From contig CAWELD010000003.1 in NCBI GenBank assembly GCA_963809895.1, positions 2,656,001 to 2,720,000 on the forward strand: a stretch of 64,000 nucleotides of DNA. The letters are read 5' to 3'. This DNA is from an uncultured Gemmatimonadales bacterium. Lineage in GTDB: Bacteria; Gemmatimonadota; Gemmatimonadetes; Longimicrobiales; Gaopeijiaceae. The notes under the pieces are model-generated. The model worked only from the letters and a program-made list of their open reading frames with translations, was not told the origin of the DNA and did no database searches. The translations under genes and the position numbers were made by a program. This document shows, piece by piece, positions 1 through 8,034 of the stretch (the stretch's first letter is position 1; each line of letters begins with the position of its first letter).

Positions 1-2
1 AG

Positions 3-1598
3 CTGAATCTTCCGCCGGAGTTGGTGGAAGCCCTGGCGGCTGAAGGCATCGAGCGGCCGACGAGCTTCCAGGCCTCGGTGATCCCGGTGGTTCTGCGCGA
101 GAACAACCTGGTGGCGTGCGCGGGACCGGGTGCCGGGATCCTGGTGGCGCTGATCGCGCCCCTCCTGGCGCGCATCGAGCCGGACGTCACGTCGCCCGCC
201 GTGCTCGTCCTCACCCCCACGGGTGAGCGGGCCTCGGCGCTGGCGGAGTCGACGGGCCGCCTGGCCCAGGCCATGGGGCACCGGGTCGCCGCCGCCCAGG
301 GCCCGTGGGCGCTGCCCGAGCGGGCGTCGGTGCTGGTCACCACGCCCGCCGACGCCCTGGCCTGGCTCCACGACGGGCGGCTGTCGCTGGAAGGCATCGC
401 CGCCTTCGTGCTGGACGGCGGCGCGAACCTGCAGGTCACCGACGACCTCGAGGCCGTGGAGACGATCCTGGAGGGATTGGATGCCGACGCCCAACGGGTG
501 TTCGTGTCGCTCCCCCTCACGCCGGAGGTGGAGGACCTGGCCGAGCGCCACGCCAAGCGCGCCGTGCACGTGCCTCCCCGGGCCGCGCAGACCCGGGCCG
601 ACGACGGCCCGCGCCGGGGAGACGTCCAGGTGCGCGTGGTGGGCGCCGCTCGCGAGGCGGTGGTCACCGAGCTGTGCGCCGAGGTGCTGGCCGGCGAGGC
701 GCGCCACGTGGTGCTCTTCGTCCGCAGCGACGACGCCGCGGCCGATCTCGGTGACCACCTGGCGCTCCACGGCTTCCACGCCGGACCTCCCGGCCAGGCC
801 GACCTCCCGGTCTGGCTCGCGGTGGAGGACATGGAGGGCCGGGCGGCCATGGACGAGGCCGGAGACGGTGTCCTCGCCGTGAGCGTCGACGTGCCCTTCG
901 ATCCCGATGCGCTGGACCGTCGCCACGGCGGGGGGCGCGGCGGGCTCGTGCTGGCCGAGCCCAGGGAGCTTCCCCACCTGCGCGACGTGGCCCGCCGCAC
1001 GGGCTACACCCTCACCGTGCGGGAAGCCACGTCCGCACCACGGCAGACACGGGGATCGGGGCTCCGGGCCGTCCTGGACGGCATCGAGCAGAGCCTCGCC
1101 GAGGACGCCCTGGACGTGGACGCGTATCAGGTGGTCCTGGAGCCCTTGATCCAACGCCACGGCGCGAGCCGCGTGGCCGCGGCGGCGCTGGGGCTGCTCC
1201 GCGCCCGCGGGCTGCCGGCAGCGGCCCCGGCGGACGGTGCGGTGGCCACGAGCTCCGTCGGCGCGCCGAGCGCCGCGGTGACGGCCACCGTCCGCCTCTT
1301 CGTCAGCCTGGGTCAGCGCGACGGCATCGGCCCGGGAGACCTGGTGGGCGCCATCACCGGTGAGTCGGGAATCGAGGGCAAGCAGATCGGCCGCATCGAC
1401 CTGCGCGAGTCCTTCTCGCTGGTCGAGGTGGAGGCGGCCGTCGCCGACCGGGTGATCAAGGCGCTCAACGGAACCACGGTCAAGGGACGCAGCGTGCGCG
1501 TGGACCTGGACCGGAATGAGCGCGCGCGGGGAAGCGGGCGGCCGTCGGGGGGTGGGTCCCGGCGGCCCGCCGGACGCGGAGGCCCGCGCCGCGGCTGA
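3..1598 (+). CDS. DEAD-box helicase-like protein (DeaD/CsdA architecture) with C-terminal DbpA-type RNA-binding domain; catalytic motifs degenerate; 5' end probably outside the window
   Basis: Frame is open from the window edge (LNLPPELVEALAAEGIERPTSFQ, a Q-motif region). Motif Ia-like LTPT is present. C-terminal RLFVSLGQRDGIGPGDLVGAITGESGIEGKQIGRIDL matches the DbpA RBD and is followed by an Arg/Gly tail. Motif I reads AGPGAGIL and motif II reads LDGG. Confidence 0.8.
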   Translation: MNLPPELVEALAAEGIERPTSFQASVIPVVLRENNLVACAGPGAGILVALIAPLLARIEPDVTSPAVLVLTPTGERASALAESTGRLAQAMGHRVAAAQGPWALPERASVLVTTPADALAWLHDGRLSLEGIAAFVLDGGANLQVTDDLEAVETILEGLDADAQRVFVSLPLTPEVEDLAERHAKRAVHVPPRAAQTRADDGPRRGDVQVRVVGAAREAVVTELCAEVLAGEARHVVLFVRSDDAAADLGDHLALHGFHAGPPGQADLPVWLAVEDMEGRAAMDEAGDGVLAVSVDVPFDPDALDRRHGGGRGGLVLAEPRELPHLRDVARRTGYTLTVREATSAPRQTRGSGLRAVLDGIEQSLAEDALDVDAYQVVLEPLIQRHGASRVAAAALGLLRARGLPAAAPADGAVATSSVGAPSAAVTATVRLFVSLGQRDGIGPGDLVGAITGESGIEGKQIGRIDLRESFSLVEVEAAVADRVIKALNGTTVKGRSVRVDLDRNERARGSGRPSGGGSRRPAGRGGPRRG

Positions 1599-1631
1599 GC
1601 CTCCCGCACACCCGGCAATCCCCCGGAACAG

Positions 1632-1667
1632 AAGAGGGCCGCACCCCGTGACGGGGGCGGCCCTCTT
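1632..1667. terminator. Probable bidirectional intrinsic terminator between the convergent helicase-like and HU genes
   Basis: Stem-loop AAGAGGGCCGC-A-CCCCG-TGA-CGGGG-GCGGCCCTCTT. Confidence 0.75.
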
Positions 1668-1690
1668 GTCGCCGTCGTGGCGATGGGACG

Positions 1691-1975
1691 CTAGTTGACC
1701 GCGTCCTTGAGCCCCTTCCCGGCCCGGAAGCTCGGGGTGTTGGAGGCCGGGATCTGGATCGTCTCACCGGTGCGGGGATTGCGGCCGGTGCGAGCCTTGC
1801 GCCGCTTGGCCTCGAAGGTCCCGAAGCCCGTGATCTGAACCCGATCGCCCTTCTTCATGGCGGTAGCGAGAACACCGTCGTCCGTTCCGAACATGGCGTC
1901 CACGGCACGACCGGCGTCCGCCTTGGTCATTCCGGTCTTGTCTGCGAGTGCGTCCACGAGCTCGGACTTGTTCAT
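1691..1975 (-). CDS. hup: DNA-binding protein HU (94 aa)
   Basis: MNKSELVDALADKTGMTKADA...GFGTFEAKRRKARTGRNPRTGETIQIPASNTPSFRAGKGLKDAVN; GAGGAG RBS upstream of the ATG at 1975. Confidence 0.97.
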   Translation of the reverse strand: MNKSELVDALADKTGMTKADAGRAVDAMFGTDDGVLATAMKKGDRVQITGFGTFEAKRRKARTGRNPRTGETIQIPASNTPSFRAGKGLKDAVN

Positions 1976-2060
1976 CGAGTCTCTCCTCTGAGATGGGAAG
2001 AATGGGCGAAATGCCGCTTGATTCCTGGCAATTCTGCACCCCTGCGAGCAAGCTGTCTGT

Positions 2061-2089
2061 AGGGTACGGCCCACTTCAGCGACCGTCAA
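2061..2089 (-). promoter_or_regulatory. Putative sigma70-type promoter for HU
   Basis: Minus strand TTGACG-17 nt-TACCCT, about 85 nt upstream of the HU start. Confidence 0.55.
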
Positions 2090-2179
2090 GACGCCAGGTG
2101 GCCGAAAACCCGCATTCTGCCTAGCTTCTCGGTGGATGGACCCCCGTTTTCGGCACCCCCGACCCGTCCGGCCCGCTCC

Positions 2180-3202
2180 ATGAGCCTCTTCTTTCGTCGC
2201 TTCATCGTCGCCCTGGGCATCCTCGGCGTGCTCGTGGTTCTGGGCACGCTGGGCTACATGGTGCTCGAGGGTTGGGGACTCGGGGACTCCCTCTACATGA
2301 CGGTGATCACGCTCACCGCCGTGGGCTATTCCGAGGTGCACCCCCTGAGCCACGTGGGACGCACCTTCACCATGGTCGTGCTCATCGGCGGACTCACGTG
2401 GATGGGTCTGTGGTTCGCCCTGATCACCAGCTTCATCGTAGAGCTCGATCTCACCCACGTCTTCCGGAGACGTCGCATGACCCGGGAAATCGCGGAGCTC
2501 AAGGACCATGTCATCGTGTGTGGCGCGGGCCGCACCGGACGCCAGGTCCTCCAGGAGCTGGAGGCCATGAAGGCGCCCTGGGTGGCCATCGAGCGCAGCC
2601 CCGAACGGGTGGAGGGACTGCGGGGCCAGCACGAGCACGCCCTGGTGGTGGAAGGGGACGCCACCCACGACGACACGCTGCTGCAGGCCGGACTGGAGCA
2701 CGCGCGAGGATTGGTGGCGTGCCTGAGCGCCGACACCGACAACCTGTTCGTGTGCCTGTCGGCGCGCGATCTGAAACCGGACCTGACCATCGTCGCCCGG
2801 GCCTACGAAGAGGAGACCATGGACAAGCTCTACCGGGCGGGCGCCACCCACGTGGTGAGCCCCAACGTGAGCGGCGCGATCCGCATGGCCTCGGTCCTCC
2901 TGCGCCCCTCGGTGGTGTCCTTCCTGGACATCGCCACACGCTCGTCGGAGCTCGCGCTACGCATGGAGCAGACGGCCATCGACGAGCGCAGCCCGGTCGC
3001 GGGCAAGACGCTCGCGGAAGCGCAGATTCCCCAGGGAACGGGCCTCATCGTCATCGCCATGCGCAAGGAGGCGGACGGACAGCGTGACGGACGCTTCGTC
3101 TTCAATCCGGTGGCGGATACGCGCCTGGACCCGGGCGACGAGCTCATCGTCCTGGGAACCCGCGAGCAGATCGAGCGGCTCCGCACCCACGTGGGAGCCT
3201 GA
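2180..3202 (+). CDS. Potassium channel family protein (2-TM pore + TrkA-N/RCK + TrkA-C)
   Basis: Two TM helices flank the pore loop YMTVITLTAVGYSEV; HVIVCGAGRTG Rossmann motif; GDAT; C-terminal FNPVADTRLDPGDELIVLG. Confidence 0.92.
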   Translation: MSLFFRRFIVALGILGVLVVLGTLGYMVLEGWGLGDSLYMTVITLTAVGYSEVHPLSHVGRTFTMVVLIGGLTWMGLWFALITSFIVELDLTHVFRRRRMTREIAELKDHVIVCGAGRTGRQVLQELEAMKAPWVAIERSPERVEGLRGQHEHALVVEGDATHDDTLLQAGLEHARGLVACLSADTDNLFVCLSARDLKPDLTIVARAYEEETMDKLYRAGATHVVSPNVSGAIRMASVLLRPSVVSFLDIATRSSELALRMEQTAIDERSPVAGKTLAEAQIPQGTGLIVIAMRKEADGQRDGRFVFNPVADTRLDPGDELIVLGTREQIERLRTHVGA

Positions 3203-3214
3203 CCCGATCTCACA

Positions 3215-3418
3215 TCAGGCCGCGTCGGCCTCGCGCTTCCGCCGTCCGCGGATGAGCGTGTAGACGAAGTAGGCGATGGCGCCGAAGATCAGGATCTTCA
3301 TGGCCATGCCGAAGAGCCCCATCATGAATCCCAGGAAGGGGAACAGCAGGGCGGCCAGCAGCTTCAGGATCACGATCCCGGCCACACCGCCGAACAACAT
3401 CGCACCGAACGTCCTCAT
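3215..3418 (-). CDS. Small 2-TM membrane protein (67 aa)
   Basis: MRTFGAMLFGGVAGIVILKLLAALLFPFLGFMMGLFGMAMKILIFGAIAYFVYTLIRGRRKREADAA; GGAGG RBS; hydrophobic with a basic C-terminal tail. Confidence 0.75.
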   Translation of the reverse strand: MRTFGAMLFGGVAGIVILKLLAALLFPFLGFMMGLFGMAMKILIFGAIAYFVYTLIRGRRKREADAA

Positions 3419-3535
3419 CCTCGCCTCCGGTTGAGCATCGATTCCGCTCCTCCCTACGTGGTGGGCGGCTCTCCGGTTTCGGCGCCGGGGGACCCCGGTC
3501 CGGTCGCGCCCTTCCACCGCCCGTCCGGTCCGGTT

Positions 3536-3551
3536 CGGCACGGCCCTTGTA
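3536..3551 (+). promoter_or_regulatory. Putative sigma54 (-24/-12) promoter for the Cys-rich peptide operon
   Basis: CGGCACGGCCCTTGTA compared with consensus TGGCACG-N4-TTGCW (GG-N10-GT variant); a sigma54 activator gene lies at the end of the cluster. Confidence 0.5.
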
Positions 3552-3732
3552 GATCCAGGGGATCGACTCCGCGGCCCTCCCCCACCGACTCGAATCCGGC
3601 GGGCGAGGGTTCAGCGGAGGGCGCCGTACCTCACAGGCCCTTCCGTCCCGACCCGGCTGTTCCGCCCTCCCTCCGCGCGAGGCCCGGCCGGGTTCGCCGG
3701 CCGGGACCACGGGCTCCTGAGAGGAGGCTCCC

Positions 3733-4050
3733 ATGCTCCGTTTCCCCGTCCTGCGCCGCATCGTCCCGCTCCTGTCCCTCGTGACCTTCCTGGGCCTGGG
3801 TCCGCTGGCGACCCAGGTCTACGCCCAGGAATGCGAGTTCCTCACCGACGACGGCGACACCCGTCCCTGCACCTTCACCGAGAAGTACGGCCAGTGCCTC
3901 TACTGGGCCTACGAGTCCTACTACGACTGCGTGGAGGACAGTGGCTCCTTCATCGAGCGTGCCGCCTGCGAGCTGGGGGTGCAGGTGGACATCCTGGCAT
4001 GCACGCTGGGGATGTTCGGGGAGGCGGTGGATCTGGTCACCCCGGTCTGA
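3733..4050 (+). CDS. Secreted Cys-rich small protein (105 aa; Sec-type signal, 6 Cys)
   Basis: GAGGAGG RBS; basic-hydrophobic signal ending VYA|Q; Cys at residues 34, 46, 55, 66, 79 and 90; strongly C/G-ending codons. Confidence 0.85.
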   Translation: MLRFPVLRRIVPLLSLVTFLGLGPLATQVYAQECEFLTDDGDTRPCTFTEKYGQCLYWAYESYYDCVEDSGSFIERAACELGVQVDILACTLGMFGEAVDLVTPV

Positions 4051-4078
4051 GGTCTCGGCGGACCGACCTGCGTCGGCG

Positions 4079-4116
4079 GGGACACCCGGTCGGGCGGCGC
4101 TCCGGCCGGGTGTCCC
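4079..4116 (+). terminator. Intra-operon stem-loop directly after the peptide gene (leaky terminator or stability element)
   Basis: 15-bp stem GGGACACCCGGTCGG / CCGGCCGGGTGTCCC with one G.U pair; no strong U-tract. Confidence 0.55.
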
Positions 4117-4188
4117 ATTCCGCCATGGCCCCACCCCGGTCGGGGCCGGACGTTGCGATACCACACCCTCCCAGCCAGGAGCGTCTCC

Positions 4189-5286
4189 ATGGCCTCGACA
4201 CGCCTTTCCGCCCGGGCTCTGCTCATCGCCGTGGCTTGCGCCGCGGCCCTGGGCGCACTCTCTCTGCCGGAGCTTCTCCGAAGCCGGTCGGTGGATCCGC
4301 CCACGAGCGCCGAGCCGGGGGAGGCGCGCCCCCGACCGGCGGGCCGACTCGCGCGCCTGGTGGTGGCGCCCGCCGACAACGACCCGGGCACCCTCCTGCC
4401 GGAGATCTTCCGCATCACCGACGTAGCCGTCGGTCCGGAAGGATGGGCCGTGCTCGACGGACCCGGCGCGCGCGTGGTCACCGTGGATTCGCTGGGGCGC
4501 GTGGGCCCTGGACGTGGCCGCGCCGGTCGGGGACCCGGTGAGCTGGCCGGTCCGGCCGAGGTCGCGCTCCGGGGCGACGAGGTGGCGGTGCTGGACAAAG
4601 CGGCGCTCCATCTCGACATCCTGGGCGCCTCCGGCGGGGAGCGGGTGACGCTCCCGGTGCGCGGGTGCGCCACCGCGCTGGCGGACGACCTGGCCGCGGA
4701 CGGCCGTGGCTGGCTGGTGCTGCGTCGGTGCCTGACCCCGAACCGGATGCTGTTGGAGCTGCTCCGCATCAGGCCCGACGGCGGGGCGACGGTGCTGGAC
4801 ACGGCCACCCTGGGACCGATGCGCGTCGCCGATCCCTTCCTGCGGCCCGTGCTGGCCGTATCGGGCCCGGGCGTCTACCTGGGCACCACCCGCGCGCCCT
4901 GTCTGCGCCGGGCGTCGAGGTCGGGGCCGCTGTCGATCTGTCCGCCGGCCTGGACGGCGGCGGCCATCCCCGATTCCCTCCGCGACGCCCTCGAGGCGGC
5001 CATGCCGGCCCGGGGCCGGGCGTTGGGGCTGCGGGTCCAGGTGCCGGAGCACTTCCCGCCGTTCGTGGCGGTCCGGGCGTTGGACGAGCGACTGGCCGTG
5101 CGCCGACCCAGAGGCGACGGCACGGCCCGCTGGGTCCTGTCGTCCGCCGACGCCAGTCTGGATCTCCAGGCGGAGGAGGGTGTCCGGGTCGAGCCCGGCC
5201 CCCGGGGCCTGCTTCTGTTGCGCCAGGAAATGGCGGGCGTTCGCGTGTGGACCGTCCCCCTGCCGTCGTCCACCGGAGGGGCGTGA
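4189..5286 (+). CDS. Membrane-anchored/exported beta-propeller-like (6-bladed/NHL-type) protein
   Basis: AGGAG RBS; N-terminal hydrophobic segment; FRITDVAVGPEG...VLD...GRAGRGPGEL..P motif typical of these propellers. Confidence 0.65.
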   Translation: MASTRLSARALLIAVACAAALGALSLPELLRSRSVDPPTSAEPGEARPRPAGRLARLVVAPADNDPGTLLPEIFRITDVAVGPEGWAVLDGPGARVVTVDSLGRVGPGRGRAGRGPGELAGPAEVALRGDEVAVLDKAALHLDILGASGGERVTLPVRGCATALADDLAADGRGWLVLRRCLTPNRMLLELLRIRPDGGATVLDTATLGPMRVADPFLRPVLAVSGPGVYLGTTRAPCLRRASRSGPLSICPPAWTAAAIPDSLRDALEAAMPARGRALGLRVQVPEHFPPFVAVRALDERLAVRRPRGDGTARWVLSSADASLDLQAEEGVRVEPGPRGLLLLRQEMAGVRVWTVPLPSSTGGA

Positions 5287-5990
5287 TGCTGACCTTCCGT
5301 GGTGTCAGCGCCGGCTATCGCAGGCGTCTCCGGCGGCAACCGGCGGTGGCCGAGCTGTATCTCCGCATCCGGCCCGGCGAAGTGACGGCGCTGGTGGGCC
5401 CCAACGGCGCCGGCAAGACCACGGTGCTCCGGTTGGCGCTGGGTAGCCTCCGGCCCTGGACCGGCCGGGTCGAGCGGCCGGCGCCCGGCGGCGCACGTTC
5501 GGGCTACCGGATCGGCCATCTGCCCGAACAGCTCGAGCTGCCCCGGCGGCCGACGCTGCGGCGCTTTCTGCGCTACGGGACCTTCCTCGCCGGCCTGCCT
5601 CCGTCGCTCCGGGACGACGCGGTCCGGGCTGCGGCGCGCGACACGGACCTGACCGACGCGCTGGATCGCGAGATGGGAGAGCTCTCCAGCGGGATGGGCC
5701 GGCGGGCGGCACTGGCCTTCACGCTGCTGGCGCGTCCTCCGGTCCTGCTTCTGGACGAGCCCTGGCGAGGCATCGATCCGGCGTCGCGAGCGACGCTCCG
5801 GAGGGTGGTGCGGGCCGAGGCCCGCCGCGGCGTGCTGGTGGTCGTCTCTTCGCACGAGCTCGCCGACGTGGCCCGCGTGGCCCAGCGGGTGCTGGTCCTG
5901 GCGGCCGGCCGCGTGCGCGCCGACCTGCGGGCGCCGCTGGACGCGGAGCGACTGGAGGACGTCCTCCTCGAGCGGGCCCGGGCCGGATGA
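5286..5990 (+). CDS. ABC transporter ATP-binding protein (exporter type)
   Basis: TGATG overlap with the upstream gene; Walker A GPNGAGKT, signature LSSGM, Walker B LLLDEP, H-loop SSH. Confidence 0.9.
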   Translation: MLTFRGVSAGYRRRLRRQPAVAELYLRIRPGEVTALVGPNGAGKTTVLRLALGSLRPWTGRVERPAPGGARSGYRIGHLPEQLELPRRPTLRRFLRYGTFLAGLPPSLRDDAVRAAARDTDLTDALDREMGELSSGMGRRAALAFTLLARPPVLLLDEPWRGIDPASRATLRRVVRAEARRGVLVVVSSHELADVARVAQRVLVLAAGRVRADLRAPLDAERLEDVLLERARAG

Positions 5991-6739
5991 CCGCCTGGCT
6001 GGCCGGGCTGGTGGACGCGCTGGCGTTTCACCTCATGGCGCACCGCCGCCTGGCCATGGCGGCCGGGCTCACCGGCGTGGGCGGATCCGTGGCTGTGAGC
6101 CTGATGGGCGGTGGCACCCGGACCGGGGTCCCGAAGCCCGGCGCGCCCGTGATGGCGGCGGTCGTCGTCCTGGGCTTTGGCATCATGGCGGGCGCCGTGG
6201 GTGGCGAGGTCCGCTCCGGCCGCGCCGCGCTCTGGATGGGCATCAGCGGATCGCCGGGCCGCTGGCTGCGGTCGGAGCTGGCCCTGCGCACGCTGGCGTT
6301 GGGCGTTGTCGTCCTGACGGTGGTGCTTGCCGCCGCGCTGGCGCTCCTGCCCCTCGATCCCGCGGCCAGTCGCGGCCTGCTCCGCGGCGCCCCGACCCTG
6401 GCGGCGCTGGCTCTCCTGGTCGCCGCCGTGGGCTTCGGCTGTTCCGGCCTCACCGAGCGCCTCGATACGCTCCTGGCCAGCCTGTACGTGTTTCCGTGGA
6501 CCTTCGCGTTGGTCGGCGTGACCGCGGGCTGGCCGGCCGTGCCGCGCGGCCGGGCCCTGGCGCTGGCCTTTCCCCTGGACCCGCTCCTCTCGTTGGCGCC
6601 GGCGGGCGCGGTGGCCTCGGCGCCCCCGGTCGAGCCGGCCGCGGTGGTCCACCTCGTGGTCTTCTGGGGCGTGTGGGCCGCTCTGGGTCTGACGGGCGGG
6701 TGGCTGCGCGTGCGTCGCCGTCCGGGCCGCGCCGACTGA
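5987..6739 (+). CDS. Multi-TM membrane protein, probable ABC-2-type permease
   Basis: ATGA overlap with the ATPase; about 6 hydrophobic segments; GEVRSG loop resembling ABC-2 permeases. Confidence 0.7.
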   Translation: MTAWLAGLVDALAFHLMAHRRLAMAAGLTGVGGSVAVSLMGGGTRTGVPKPGAPVMAAVVVLGFGIMAGAVGGEVRSGRAALWMGISGSPGRWLRSELALRTLALGVVVLTVVLAAALALLPLDPAASRGLLRGAPTLAALALLVAAVGFGCSGLTERLDTLLASLYVFPWTFALVGVTAGWPAVPRGRALALAFPLDPLLSLAPAGAVASAPPVEPAAVVHLVVFWGVWAALGLTGGWLRVRRRPGRAD

Positions 6740-6808
6740 TCCGGCCCGGGGGCGGGCGACTCAGGGGGGCTTGCACCCGCGGCCGCACCCCACTCCTTCA
6801 ACGCCCTT

Positions 6809-7594
6809 CTAGGGCGCCGCACCGCTCTCCAGGACCCGGGTCAGCACCGGCACGTCGATGGCCGCCGACGGGGCCAGGATCGCCGCCGCCTCCACCGCGT
6901 GGGCGAGCTGCCGGACGTTTCCGGGCCAGGCGTGGGTCTCCAGGAGCTCGCGCGCGGCCGTCGTGAAGGTCCGGTCCCCGGTGCCGTGACGCATGACCGC
7001 GCGGCGCAGGAACCGGCGCGCCAGCGGCAGGACGTCCTCCGTCCGCTCTCGCAGCGGTGGGAGCGTCACGCGCAGGAGCGCGATCCGGTGATACAGATCG
7101 GAGCGGAATCCCCCGCGCTCGAGCTCCTCGGCCAGCGTCCGGCAGGTGGCGGACACCAGGCGCAGGTCGAGCGCGCGCCGCTCGGTGGATCCCACCGGCC
7201 GCACCCAGCGTTCCTCGACGGCCACCAGGAGCTTGGCCTGTTGCCTGAGGGGCATGTCGCCCACCTCGTCCAGGAAGAGCGTCCCGCCGTCGGCGGCGGC
7301 CATGAGCCCCTCACGCGGCCGGTCGGCCCCGGTGAAGGCGCCCCGGACGTGCCCGAAGAGCTCACTCTCGAAGAGGGTGTCGGGGATGCCGGCGCAGTTC
7401 AGCGACACGAAAGGTCCGCCCGCCCGCGGGCTGCCCGCGTGGATCAGGCGAGCGACGTGACCCTTGCCGGTCCCGGTCTCGCCCTGGACCAGCACCGGCG
7501 CGTCCACACCGGCGGCGCGTTCGATGAAGGCACGGACCCGCCGCAGGGACGGACTGCGGCCCAGCAGGGGCGGAGGCGCTTGGAGCTGCGACAT
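6809..7594 (-). CDS. Sigma54-dependent activator (bEBP), AAA+ domain only (261 aa)
   Basis: GETGTGK, ESELFGHVRGAFTGA, GTLFLDEV, FRSDLYHRI, WPGNVRQL; no N-terminal sensor domain and no C-terminal HTH. Confidence 0.92.
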   Translation of the reverse strand: MSQLQAPPPLLGRSPSLRRVRAFIERAAGVDAPVLVQGETGTGKGHVARLIHAGSPRAGGPFVSLNCAGIPDTLFESELFGHVRGAFTGADRPREGLMAAADGGTLFLDEVGDMPLRQQAKLLVAVEERWVRPVGSTERRALDLRLVSATCRTLAEELERGGFRSDLYHRIALLRVTLPPLRERTEDVLPLARRFLRRAVMRHGTGDRTFTTAARELLETHAWPGNVRQLAHAVEAAAILAPSAAIDVPVLTRVLESGAAP

Positions 7595-7723
7595 GTCGGG
7601 TGCGGAGCAGACGGAAACCCGGCCGACGCGGAGCGCCGGCGCACTGTCGCACGATGATATGGGGAGGGGGGCGGACCCATGGTCCGAGGGGCCCGCTTGT
7701 ACGCGGGCTGGAAACTCAGGCGG

Positions 7724-7939
7724 TCACTTGTACCGGTACGTGACCCGACCCTTGCTCAGGTCGTACGGGGACAGCTCGACCTTCACCCGGTCGCCTTCCA
7801 GCACCCGGATGTAGTTCTGCCGCATCTTGCCCGACAGATAGGCCAGCACTTCGTGTCCGTTCTCCAACTCGACGCGGAAGGTCGCGTTGGGCAGGACCTC
7901 GCTGACGGTTCCTTCGATTTCGATCGCTTCCTTCGCCAC
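7724..7939 (-). CDS. infA: Translation initiation factor IF-1
   Basis: GTG start; [70 protein letters not shown]. Confidence 0.97.
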   Translation of the reverse strand: MAKEAIEIEGTVSEVLPNATFRVELENGHEVLAYLSGKMRQNYIRVLEGDRVKVELSPYDLSKGRVTYRYK

Positions 7940-7991
7940 TTGACCTCTACTGGTTCGTCTCCGGGGTGACCCCCTCACCCCGCGAGCCCTT

Positions 7992-8021
7992 ACTCTAGCC
8001 CTGAGAGTGGCGATAAATCAA
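7992..8021 (-). promoter_or_regulatory. Putative sigma70-type promoter for infA
   Basis: Minus strand TTGATT-18 nt-TAGAGT in an AT-richer patch upstream of infA. Confidence 0.4.
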
Positions 8022-8034
8022 CAACGCCCCGCGA

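Noticed and set aside
1691..2851. 386-aa HU with a long N-terminal extension
   Set aside because: The extension is antisense to the K+ channel gene; the RBS and promoter support the start at 1975.
3733..4050. Lanthipeptide, sactipeptide or ranthipeptide precursor
   Set aside because: It has a Sec-type signal rather than a RiPP leader, and there is no modifying enzyme or C39 transporter nearby.
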